Under the pieces are notes generated by a model. That model was not told where the DNA came from, searched no databases, and saw only the letters and a list, made by a program, of their open reading frames with translations. From NCBI RefSeq assembly GCF_000012805.1, contig NC_007484.1, forward strand, positions 3,180,001-3,212,000: a stretch of 32,000 nt of DNA, read 5' to 3'. Both the position numbers and the translations under genes were made by a program. Positions within the stretch are counted from its first letter, which is position 1. Each line of letters starts with the position of its first letter. Source of the stretch: Nitrosococcus oceani ATCC 19707. Lineage in GTDB: Bacteria > Pseudomonadota > Gammaproteobacteria > Nitrosococcales > Nitrosococcaceae. Shown piece by piece: positions 21,105 to 31,290 of this stretch.

Positions 21105-21662
21105 TTATCGAAGTCGCTGTCCGGTTCTTCCATCGCGAATCTCGCTGGGACCAGCTCGCTTCCCCGTGATGCCGGGAAGAATATAGTCAAGGCTCGATCC
21201 GAAGGATCGGCGCACCTGTAGAGTCGTCTGTGCCGGAGGACGACCGGCACGATTGGCGCTAGTAGAGACCAGAGCATGGCCCAGCGTTCGGCAAAGACAC
21301 GCTGCCAGGGGATGCGCGGTGACCCGAACAGCAAGGGTATCATAGCGGCCTCTCAGCCAAGGAGGAACATCTCCTCGGGCCGGTAACAACCAAGTGACCG
21401 GCCCTGGCCAGGTCACTTCAAGACGGCTCCGGGTTGAGGCAGTCAAAGGCAATAAATAAGATTGCAGCTGAACAAAATCAGCCGCGATCAGAATGAAACC
21501 CTTACTGATAGAACGCCCCTTGAGTTGAAGGATCCGCTCAATGGCCGCCTTTCGCCCTGGATCGCAACCAAGACCAAAGACCCCTTCCGTCGGGTAGGCG
21601 ATCACACCGCCCCCACGGATAATACGGGCAGCTAATCGCACTCGCCAGTTGGGGCAAGCCAT
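21105..21662 (-). CDS. tsaC: L-threonylcarbamoyladenylate synthase (t6A), TsaC/YrdC type
   Basis: VIAYPTEGVFGLGCDP, KGRSISKGFILIAA, WPGPVTWLLPA, LAVRVTAHPLA and LVSTSANRAGRPP are collinear with E. coli TsaC. The ATG at 21662 is preferred because the 21668 start is a TTG. Confidence 0.9.
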   Translation of the reverse strand: MACPNWRVRLAARIIRGGGVIAYPTEGVFGLGCDPGRKAAIERILQLKGRSISKGFILIAADFVQLQSYLLPLTASTRSRLEVTWPGPVTWLLPARGDVPPWLRGRYDTLAVRVTAHPLAACLCRTLGHALVSTSANRAGRPPAQTTLQVRRSFGSSLDYILPGITGKRAGPSEIRDGRTGQRLR

Positions 21663-21671
21663 CAGCAACCC

Positions 21672-22544
21672 TTAGCCACGGACGCGCTTTTTCTCCATGA
21701 TGTCATGAATAACCGGAGTGAGTACGATCTCCATGGCCAGTCCCATTTTACCTCCAGGCACCACCAAGGTATTAGCCCGCGACATATATGAGTCTTTCAG
21801 CATGTTTAAATAATAGGGAAAATCTGCCATATGAGGATCACGGAAACGGATAACCACCTTGCTCTCATCGGGTGTTGGAATATCCCGGGCGATAAAAGGA
21901 TTGGAGGTATCGACCAAAGGCACCCGCTGAAAATTAATATGGGTATGGGAAAACTGGGGAGTAATATAATGCACGTAATCCGGCATACGCTTGAGAATAA
22001 TCTGAACCACGGCTTCCGAGGAATAGCCCCGGTTGAGGCAATCCCGGTGAATTTTCTGAATCCATTCCAGATTCACCACCGGCACCACTCCTACCAGCAA
22101 ATCCACATACCGGGCGACATTAACCTGATCCGTTACCACCCCTCCGTGAAGCCCTTCATAAAAAAGCAAATGACTATTCGAGTCAATAGGCTCCCAAGGC
22201 GTAAACGTGCCTGGCGCCTGGCCGTAGGGCTCCCCCTCCTCCTCATTGTGAATATAAAGCCGCTTTTTGCCGGTGCCGCGCTCCGAGTATTCGCGAAATA
22301 GAGCTTCTAGCTTCTCTAACTCATTGGCTTCTGGACCGAAATGAGTCAAAATCTTGCTCTGAGCTTCATATTCCGCTGTTTTCTCCTTCATGGTCTGACG
22401 GTCATAACGATGGAAACTATCTCCTTCGATGACTACCGGCCGGATACCTTCACGTCGGAACATATCGCTGAAAGCCTGTTTAACCGTAGAAGTACCGGCC
22501 CCAGACGAGCCAGTTACTGCAATAATAGGATGTGCTACGGACAT
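21672..22544 (-). CDS. prk: phosphoribulokinase (Calvin-Benson cycle)
   Basis: 290 aa with a P-loop (IAVTGSSGAGTST) and bacterial PRK-type sequence throughout. A GAGGAG Shine-Dalgarno lies 6 nt upstream. Confidence 0.93.
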   Translation of the reverse strand: MSVAHPIIAVTGSSGAGTSTVKQAFSDMFRREGIRPVVIEGDSFHRYDRQTMKEKTAEYEAQSKILTHFGPEANELEKLEALFREYSERGTGKKRLYIHNEEEGEPYGQAPGTFTPWEPIDSNSHLLFYEGLHGGVVTDQVNVARYVDLLVGVVPVVNLEWIQKIHRDCLNRGYSSEAVVQIILKRMPDYVHYITPQFSHTHINFQRVPLVDTSNPFIARDIPTPDESKVVIRFRDPHMADFPYYLNMLKDSYMSRANTLVVPGGKMGLAMEIVLTPVIHDIMEKKRVRG

Positions 22545-22631
22545 TGCGCTCTCCTCAGTGCTAATTTATTAAAAATCGCTTTATCTCGAATCGAAATCAG
22601 TGTAAAACTTATGCTTACAGAATTTTGCCTA

Positions 22632-23945
22632 CTACTTCAGATGCTCGCTCCCCTCCATTGGACTTGCCTCCCGAGCAATGGCGCGATAACCAATATCGCC
22701 CCGGTAGTAGGCTTCTTTCCAGGTAATCTGTTGAACAAGGCCATAAGCCGTCGCGTGGGCCTCAGTGACAGAATCGCCCAGGCCACAGACACAAAGCACC
22801 CGGCCTCCGGCAGTCACAATGCGGCCTTCCTTTTCGGCCGTTCCCCCATGGAACACTTTACGATCTTCACGTTCTGGGGCAGGCAGACCATAAATAGGAT
22901 CGCCAAAGGAATAGGACCCTGGATAGCCCTTCGCCGCCATCACTACCCCCAAAGCAGCACGGGGATCCCAATCCACGCTAACCTCGTGCAAACGCCCCGC
23001 CAAGGCGGCCTGACATAAATCAACTAGATCCGATCGCAGCCGCATCAGAATGGGCTGAGCTTCCGGATCTCCAAAACGGCAATTATACTCCAGGACCTTG
23101 GGAGAGCCATCCTCGGCAATCATTAGGCCGGCATACAAAAAACCCCGGTATGGATAACCTTCCTCCGCCATCCCACGCACCGTGGGCACGATGACTTCTT
23201 GCATGACACGCTCATGCACCGCCTTTGCCAGTATTGGCGCAGGAGAATAAGCGCCCATCCCTCCCGTATTAAGTCCCCTATCCCCCTCCTCTCGGGCTTT
23301 ATGATCCTGAGCGCTAGCAAGAGGCAAAATGTGCTCGCCATCGCTCATGACAATAAAACTGGCTTCTTCTCCCGTTAAAAACTCTTCCACTACCACTCGG
23401 CATCCAGCTTCGCCAAAGACACCATCCCCTAGCATACGATGAACAGCGGCAATAGCTTCCTCCTCGGTCTGGGCAACCACCACCCCTTTGCCCGCAGCTA
23501 ACCCATCAGCTTTCACTACGATGGGAGCGCCTTCGGTTCTAATATAGGCGATAGCCGGCTCCACCTGGCTAAACGTCTGGTAACGGGCAGTGGGAATCCC
23601 CCAGCGAATTAAAAACTCCTTGGCGAAGGATTTAGACCCTTCAAGGCGCGCGGCTCCATGCCGAGGACCCCAGCAGGGCAACCCTGCTTCCTCAAAGGCG
23701 TCTACGATACCCAATACTAAGGGGGCTTCCGGACCTACCACGGTCAACTCGATTTGCTCTGCTGAGGCAAAAGCCACCAAGGCGGGAATATTATCTGATT
23801 TGATAGCGACATTTTCCGCTTTAGGCTCCCTTGCGGTGCCAGCATTACCCGGCGCCACATAAATCTGATCAACCTGGGACGACTGGGCTAGTTTCCAAGT
23901 CAGGGCATGCTCCCGGCCTCCTCCTCCAATCACCAAAACTTTCAT
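22632..23945 (-). CDS. purD: phosphoribosylamine--glycine ligase
   Basis: It has the MKVLVIGGGGREHAL N-terminus and an ATP-grasp core (GPLVVKADGLAAGKGV-like IVVKADGLAAGKGVVV, NTGGMGAYSP, EYNCRFGDPE). The ORF-track start at 23978 is a TTG. Confidence 0.95.
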   Translation of the reverse strand: MKVLVIGGGGREHALTWKLAQSSQVDQIYVAPGNAGTAREPKAENVAIKSDNIPALVAFASAEQIELTVVGPEAPLVLGIVDAFEEAGLPCWGPRHGAARLEGSKSFAKEFLIRWGIPTARYQTFSQVEPAIAYIRTEGAPIVVKADGLAAGKGVVVAQTEEEAIAAVHRMLGDGVFGEAGCRVVVEEFLTGEEASFIVMSDGEHILPLASAQDHKAREEGDRGLNTGGMGAYSPAPILAKAVHERVMQEVIVPTVRGMAEEGYPYRGFLYAGLMIAEDGSPKVLEYNCRFGDPEAQPILMRLRSDLVDLCQAALAGRLHEVSVDWDPRAALGVVMAAKGYPGSYSFGDPIYGLPAPEREDRKVFHGGTAEKEGRIVTAGGRVLCVCGLGDSVTEAHATAYGLVQQITWKEAYYRGDIGYRAIAREASPMEGSEHLK

Positions 23946-24144
23946 ATTTAACTGCGCTGCTTGTAAAAAAATGCCCAAATAATAGCCTAGGAAAGCTTAA
24001 AGCCCAAATAGGCGACCCTAGTTCTGCCCTAATTTTTTATATAAACTAACGCTTTTCGAAAGCGCTCCGCATTCGAGGTAGTAAAATGAACTCAAATAGC
24101 AGCGAGCCGTTGCAAGAAACTGCGCAATCCTTTATTGTCACGGG

Positions 24145-24232
24145 ACAGTAGCTAGGGGTGCCGTGGAATTACCCGGCTGAGAGAGTCCCTCTGAACCTGA
24201 TCCGGTTGGTACCGGCGTAGGGAAGCTGAAAA
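24145..24232 (+). promoter_or_regulatory. TPP (THI-box) riboswitch controlling thiC
   Basis: The sequence AGCTAGGGGTGCCGTGGAATTACCCGGCTGAGAGAGTCCCTCTGAACCTGATCCGGTTGGTACCGGCGTAGGGAAGCT contains the invariant GGGGTGC...CTGAGA...ACCTGATC.GG.T.ATACC.GCGTAGGGAA core. It lies about 65 nt upstream of the thiC ATG. Confidence 0.88.
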
Positions 24233-24270
24233 ACCTAGGCGCCTACGTCCTCAATGCCGCCGGTCATTAG

Positions 24271-26172
<1,902 letters not shown>

Positions 26173-26205
26173 GCTCTTTGCCTTTGCTCAAAGGTATAGA
26201 AAAAC

Positions 26206-26232
26206 GGGGCCTCTAAAAGGCCCCCTACTTCT
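26206..26232 (+). terminator. candidate thiC terminator hairpin
   Basis: GGGGCC-tctaaaa-GGCCCC (26206-26224) is followed by CTACTTCTT, a weak U-tract. It lies 34 nt after the thiC stop. Confidence 0.5.
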
Positions 26233-26666
26233 TAAGCACTACCAAACAAAAAACCTTCTCTTAACCTCTGCTCCGCTGTGGACAACACCGACGTTACCCG
26301 CAAACCAATAAAGGGGATCTGACTAATCAGCAAGGATATTGTCACCCCCTACAATCAAGCGAGAAAGCTGGCAAACCAAGCAAACAGTTTTTCAATAACA
26401 CCTGTACAATGAAGGCGGTGCGCTCAGCGAGGTGCCAGGCAACATGCTTATGGGAATCAGGAGACGGCCTCAATCGTCACCGCGCACAAGGCGATCGTAT
26501 ATAGCACCGGATTGGACCATCGCCCGCTGCCGGCAAGGTTTCCCTTAGAGTTTATCGAGGCCGATTTTAATTTTGTTTCTACAAAACTTCATCCATCCGA
26601 CAAATTTGCATTTCTTGGTAGTCTTTGGCGGTGGTTTTTCCACAGCTTCAGTTTTTTTACTACGCC

Positions 26667-28216
26667 ATGCACGCTTTAAATACCTGGAAAATACTTCTTG
26701 GCTTACAGACAATAATCTTAAGCACCAGTCTTTTGATGGGATGCCAAGAACTGCCACCGCCTGATGCGCGCATCCCTTCACACGCCTTTGGTCACGATGA
26801 GGCATCCAACACTGCGCTCAGCCGCGAAATTGCGCGCGACACGGCGGCACATCCGGATGAGAGTGGAGTGTTCGCGCTCACCGAACCGCGCGGCGCGTTT
26901 GCCGCGCGCGCCATGCTTGCCGCAACTGCCGAGCACACGCTGGATGTCAGTATTACATCTGGCGCCACGACATCACTGGTACGCTCATGCTCAAAGCATT
27001 GCTCGAAGCGGCGCGTCGTGGCGTGCGCGTGCGGCTGCTGCTCGATGATATGACTACCGCCAGCCTTGATCCCATGCTCGCCGCGCTCGATACGCATGAA
27101 AACGTCGAGGTGCGGCTATTCAATCCCTTCATGCACCGTAAATTTCGCTTCGTCGATTTTATCACCGCGTTTGCGCGTGCCAACCGACGCATGCACAACA
27201 AGTCGTTCACAGCGGACAACAGCGCCACCATCGTGGGCGGGCGCAACATCGGCGATGAATATTTTGGCGCCAATGAGCATCTCATGTTCGCCGATGTCGA
27301 TGTGCTTGTGGTTGGACCCATAGTCAAAGCCGTATCATGGGATTTTGACCGTTACTGGGCAAGCGCCTCGGCCTATCCAGCGGCCTCGTTATTGCCGCCG
27401 TCTTCCGCCTCGGCGCAGGCGGAAATCTTCGCCGCGGCCGCGCGCGTCGCAAACGGACCCGAGGCAAATAAGTATCTCGACGCACTACACGAGGATGGCA
27501 CCATTGATGCGCTGCTCACACATAATCTACCCTTCATCTGGGCGCCGACCCAGATGCTCAGCGACGATCCGGCCAAGGGTGTTGGTAAGGCGCCACCCGA
27601 GGCATTGCTAGTCACGCGCTTACGCAAGATCATCGGTGCCGCTGTCGGACGCTTCACGTTGATATCCGCCTATTTTGTACCGACCCAGGCTGGAACCGAC
27701 GCCCTCGTGGCCCTGGCCCGCAGAGGTGTTGATATCACGATTCTTACCAATTCGCTCGAGGCAACTGATGTCGCCGCGGTACATGCCGGTTATGCGCGCT
27801 ACCGCAAGACGCTGCTTGAAGCCGGTATCGTGCTGTATGAGATGCGCAGCGGCAATGCCAAAACCAACATGGCCGTGTTCGGCAGTTCAGCCGCCAGCTT
27901 GCATGCCAAGACCTTCAGCATCGATGGCGAGCGCGTGTTCGTCGGCTCGTTCAACTTCGATCCGCGTTCGGCGCAGCTCAATACCGAGTTAGGTTTCGTC
28001 ATTGAGAGCGCCATACTCGCGCAACGTATCGCCACGCAATTCAATACCGCGCCGCGATACGCGTATCGCGTCATGTTATCGGAGGATGGCGACGTGTACT
28101 GGCTCGAACAATGCGACGGTAAAACATTGCGCCACGACGAAGAGCCTTACACCAGTATTTGGAAACGCATGGGTGTTCGGCTTCTGTCAATCATGCCCAT
28201 CGAGTGGTTATTGTAG
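26667..28216 (+). pseudogene. phospholipase D / cardiolipin-synthase-like lipoprotein with two HKD motifs, interrupted by a 1-nt frameshift near 26948
   Basis: The N-terminal piece (frame of ORF 26625-27053) reads MHALNTWKILLGLQTIILSTSLLMGC (lipobox) ...GVFALTEPRGAFAARAMLAATAEHTLDV. The downstream piece (frame of ORF 26987-28216, open from at least 26948) reads QYYIWRHDITGTLMLKALLEAARRGVRVRLLLDD...HNKSFTADNSATIVGGRNIGDEYF...HAKTFSIDGERVFVGSFNFDPRS. The two frames abut at GAT GTC|AG TAT TAC, sharing the C at 26948. Confidence 0.8.
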
Positions 28217-28361
28217 AGAATTCCCGCAATCTTCTCGGTATCGTCGCAAATAACCCAGTCCTGCTTTCCAGTGCTTATAGTTTAGCCTCCAGTACGCGAC
28301 AGAAGATCATAGGTTTTGATCACCACAACGCTCAAACTAGGTGAAACGCCACACCGCCCTC

Positions 28362-28766
28362 CTATGGCGCACCCCGCGCCTCCCAAAAACACTCTAAGCG
28401 CCTTAAGGCCGTCCCGGCGGGAGTACGGGCTAGCAGGCATCCACCTACTACCCCCAGCATATTGGCCAGCATATCTCCGTATTCGAAGTAGCGATCACCC
28501 ACGAGATCTTGCAAAAATTCCAGAGCAATCCCTAACAGGGCCAGAAAAAGGCCAAAAAAACCATGCAGCCGTGCAGGATAAGTTTGACTAAACCACCACG
28601 CTAGCAGCGCATAAGCCGTAAAATGTCCCAACTTATCCTGGTCCTGGATGCCTAGTTTCACATCCGGTAGCGATGAGGTAAGGCTCAAGTAAACCACGAC
28701 AGCTACCAGTAGCCACCCCAGGAAACGCCAAAACCATATAAACTGCAAATGCCCCATTAGCTTCAT
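28362..28766 (-). CDS. VanZ-like family membrane protein
   Basis: About 134 aa from the ATG at 28766 (MKLMGHLQFIWFW...). It has four hydrophobic helices and the VanZ-type block DKLGHFTAYALLAWWF...LEFLQ...R..E..D.LAN.LGV..G. The ORF-track extension to 28943 overlaps mutH. Confidence 0.7.
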   Translation of the reverse strand: MKLMGHLQFIWFWRFLGWLLVAVVVYLSLTSSLPDVKLGIQDQDKLGHFTAYALLAWWFSQTYPARLHGFFGLFLALLGIALEFLQDLVGDRYFEYGDMLANMLGVVGGCLLARTPAGTALRRLECFWEARGAP

Positions 28767-28785
28767 TTTAACTCTCGGAAAAAGA

Positions 28786-29463
28786 TTAGGTAGCGTAATA
28801 ACGCCCGAGCAGAGCGGCCGTAAAACTGGAACGCAAATAGAAACCGCGGGGAAGAGTCCGAATCCGCGCGCCATCTTCTCCGATTCCTTCGCATAGGGCG
28901 TGTCCGTTGGCTGCCTTGGGACGTATCTGGAGATAAATTCCATAGTGAGCAGTAATCATTTCTAGCTCTCCAAGGCAAACCATATCCATCAACTCTTCCC
29001 AATCCGCTCTTAGTATCGCTTCTTCTTCAGAATTGGGACTCCAAAGTAAAGGCATCCCTACCCGGCGCACCGATAAGGGCATTCCTGCCTGGGCTTCCAC
29101 AGGCAGCCACAATACCCGGTTAAGTTTACGCCGAATCCAGCTAGTCTCCCAACAGGCTTCAGAGTCCGTTAGCGGCACGGTACAAACATAGGTGGATTCT
29201 TTAGGCCGGCCATCTGCCTGCAGAGGGAGGGTTTTCATTTCCACGCCAAGCGCGGGAAAGTCAGGCACAGCTTGGGAGCCAGAAGTCGCCCCTAGGGCCA
29301 GTTCCAACAATTCCCCGACCCACCCTTTGGCACGCCGTAAATCCTGGGGCACCCGCCGATCAAGGCGGGCAGCAATCTGCTCAAGAGACGATCCCGCTAA
29401 TGCCTGGGCCCGCGCTAATAGTTCACTCTCATTAGCGGGAGGAGGCAACGAAAATATTGTCAT
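28786..29463 (-). CDS. mutH: DNA mismatch repair endonuclease MutH
   Basis: It is collinear with E. coli MutH: KGWVGELLELALGA, DFPALGVEMKTLP, TYVCTVPLT, RKLNRVLWLPVE, LLWSPNSEEE, DWEELMDM, YLQIRPKAAN and TLPRGFYLR. The start is the ATG at 29463. Confidence 0.92.
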   Translation of the reverse strand: MTIFSLPPPANESELLARAQALAGSSLEQIAARLDRRVPQDLRRAKGWVGELLELALGATSGSQAVPDFPALGVEMKTLPLQADGRPKESTYVCTVPLTDSEACWETSWIRRKLNRVLWLPVEAQAGMPLSVRRVGMPLLWSPNSEEEAILRADWEELMDMVCLGELEMITAHYGIYLQIRPKAANGHALCEGIGEDGARIRTLPRGFYLRSSFTAALLGRYYAT

Positions 29464-29561
29464 AATAAAAGCCAATTATGGGCAATGACCCGCGCTCTGT
29501 CGAGACCTTACCGTCCAAGCATGGTAGGATATTTGCTCCAAGCAATGACTGTTCACGAGCA

Positions 29562-30488
29562 ATGAAAGCACTGGTCATCGAAAATCTGCAAAAAACCTAC
29601 AGCAACCATTTTGTAGCTCTAAAAGGAATAGATCTAGAGGTAGAACAAGGCGATTTTTTCGCCCTGTTAGGCCCCAATGGGGCAGGAAAATCCACCACTA
29701 TCGGCATTATCTCCTCCTTGATTACCAAAAGCGCCGGAAAAGTATCGGTCTTTGGCATGGACCTGGAGCGGGAACCGGAAGAAGCCAAGCGGATCATTGG
29801 CCTCGTCCCTCAGGAATTTAACTGTAACGGCTTTGAAAAAGTTTTTAACATCTTGGTTACCCAGGCCGGGTATTACGGGATCGAGCCCAGAATCGCCCGC
29901 ACTCGCGCCGAACAACGGCTAAAGCAGCTGGGCCTGTGGGATAAACGCGACGAGTGCGCCCGCACCCTTTCCGGGGGAATGAAGCGCCGCCTGATGATCG
30001 CCCGCGCCCTGGTGCATGATCCCCGCCTCCTGATCCTAGATGAGCCCACGGCCGGAGTCGATATTGAGCTGCGCCGCTCCATGTGGCAATTTCTCCAGGA
30101 AACCAACACTGAAGGGACTACGATCATTTTAACCACCCACTACCTGGAGGAAGCTGAAAGACTCTGCCGCAACATTGCCATTATTGACCGCGGTGCCATC
30201 ATTGAGCATAACTCCATGAAAACCTTACTGACCAAACTCAACCGAGAGACCTTCATCCTCTACCTTAAAGAACCGCTGAATTTTACCCCCGCTCTCCCCA
30301 ACTATCCTCTCCATCGCGTGGATGACACGACCCTGGAAGCGGAAGTCCGCAAGGAGGAGGATCTTAATACCCTCTTTGCAGCCCTTTCCAAGGAAGGGAT
30401 TCGGGTGCTAAGCATGCGGAATAAAGCCAACCGGCTGGAAGAGCTCTTTATAGACCTCATCACCCCTAGCGATACGCTTGCCGCATGA
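29562..30488 (+). CDS. yadG: ABC transporter ATP-binding protein, YadG type
   Basis: It is near-collinear with E. coli YadG: Walker A GPNGAGKSTT, IGLVPQEFN, signature LSGGMKRRLMIARAL, Walker B LLILDEPTAGVD, TTHYLEEAE, and C-terminal SMRNKANRLEELF. I take the start at 29562 (MKALVIENL...). Confidence 0.92.
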   Translation: MKALVIENLQKTYSNHFVALKGIDLEVEQGDFFALLGPNGAGKSTTIGIISSLITKSAGKVSVFGMDLEREPEEAKRIIGLVPQEFNCNGFEKVFNILVTQAGYYGIEPRIARTRAEQRLKQLGLWDKRDECARTLSGGMKRRLMIARALVHDPRLLILDEPTAGVDIELRRSMWQFLQETNTEGTTIILTTHYLEEAERLCRNIAIIDRGAIIEHNSMKTLLTKLNRETFILYLKEPLNFTPALPNYPLHRVDDTTLEAEVRKEEDLNTLFAALSKEGIRVLSMRNKANRLEELFIDLITPSDTLAA

Positions 30489-31261
30489 GCCGCGCACAAC
30501 GTCATTATATTGCCTTCAAGACCCTAGTTATCAAGGAAGTCCGGCGCTTCACCCGCATTTGGGTCCAAACCCTGCTGCCGCCAGCGGTTACCATGACATT
30601 GTATTTCATTATTTTCGGCAGCCTCATTGGCGCTCGTATTGGCCCCATGGAAGGTTTTAGCTACATGGAATACATTGCCCCCGGCCTGATCATGATGGCG
30701 GTTATTACCCATTCTTATTCCAATGTGGTGTCCTCCTTTTTCAGCGCCAAATTCCAACACTATGTGGAAGAGCTGCTGGTTTCGCCAACCCCCCATAGCA
30801 TTATTCTGGCGGGTTATGTGGTAGGTGGTGCGGTGCGAGGATTAATGGTCGGCTTGCTTGTTCTGTTCATAGCACTTTTTTTTACTCACCTGAAGGTAGA
30901 GCATCCCCTCATTACCTGCGCCGTCGCCGTACTAACCGCCATCGTGTTTGCGCTGGGAGGATTTATTAACGCTACGTTTGCTAATAACTTCGACGATATT
31001 TCTATCGTCCCCAATTTCATCCTGACCCCATTGACCTACCTAGGGGGCGTTTTTTATTCTATCAACCTGATGCCCGAATTTGGCCAAACCCTTTCTCTCT
31101 TTAACCCTATTCTCTATATGGTCAACGCCTTCCGCTATGGTATTTTGGGTGTATCGGATATTAACGTCTGGACAGCTTTCGCCCTTATCCTGATATTTCT
31201 GATAGGGCTGACGGGGTTGGCTCTCTATTTACTGCACAAGGGAGTAGGGATAAGAACCTAA
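30485..31261 (+). CDS. yadH: ABC-2 type transporter permease, YadH type
   Basis: It is collinear with E. coli YadH (RIWVQTLLPPAVTMTLYFIIFG, PGLIMM, LTPLTYLGGVFYS, FNPILYM..FRYG). Its start overlaps the yadG stop in an ATGA arrangement. Confidence 0.92.
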   Translation: MSRAQRHYIAFKTLVIKEVRRFTRIWVQTLLPPAVTMTLYFIIFGSLIGARIGPMEGFSYMEYIAPGLIMMAVITHSYSNVVSSFFSAKFQHYVEELLVSPTPHSIILAGYVVGGAVRGLMVGLLVLFIALFFTHLKVEHPLITCAVAVLTAIVFALGGFINATFANNFDDISIVPNFILTPLTYLGGVFYSINLMPEFGQTLSLFNPILYMVNAFRYGILGVSDINVWTAFALILIFLIGLTGLALYLLHKGVGIRT

Positions 31262-31290
31262 ACCGTGCGCTCCTCCCTGTATACCATCCC

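Noticed and set aside
22341-23018. A 225-aa plus-strand ORF spanning the prk 5' end, the prk-purD spacer and the purD 3' end.
   Set aside because: It is antisense to two strongly supported genes, has no family resemblance, and starts with a non-canonical extension. I regard it as spurious.
26233-26666. A roughly 430-bp spacer between the thiC terminator and the PLD start. I searched it, and also 28217-28361, for integrase or transposase remnants, tRNA fragments, att-like direct repeats and ncRNA structure. The Lys-rich 86-aa minus ORF at 26545-26805 lies here.
   Set aside because: I saw no repeat shared between the two flanks of the GC-rich segment, no tRNA-like arms and no convincing coding remnant in six frames. 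There are only short weak hairpins, such as GGCGAT...ATCGCC with a 23-nt loop. The 86-aa ORF overlaps the PLD signal-peptide region and resembles nothing I recognise.
26792-28074. A cluster of minus-strand and alternative plus-strand ORFs (26792-27097, 26953-27327, 27373-27657, 27675-27992, 27799-28074, 26764-27048, 27345-27611).
   Set aside because: All overlap the PLD gene in its 60-70% GC segment, where stop codons are rare in every frame. The translations are Ala/Arg/Ser-rich low-complexity sequence, and only the HKD-containing frame matches a protein family.
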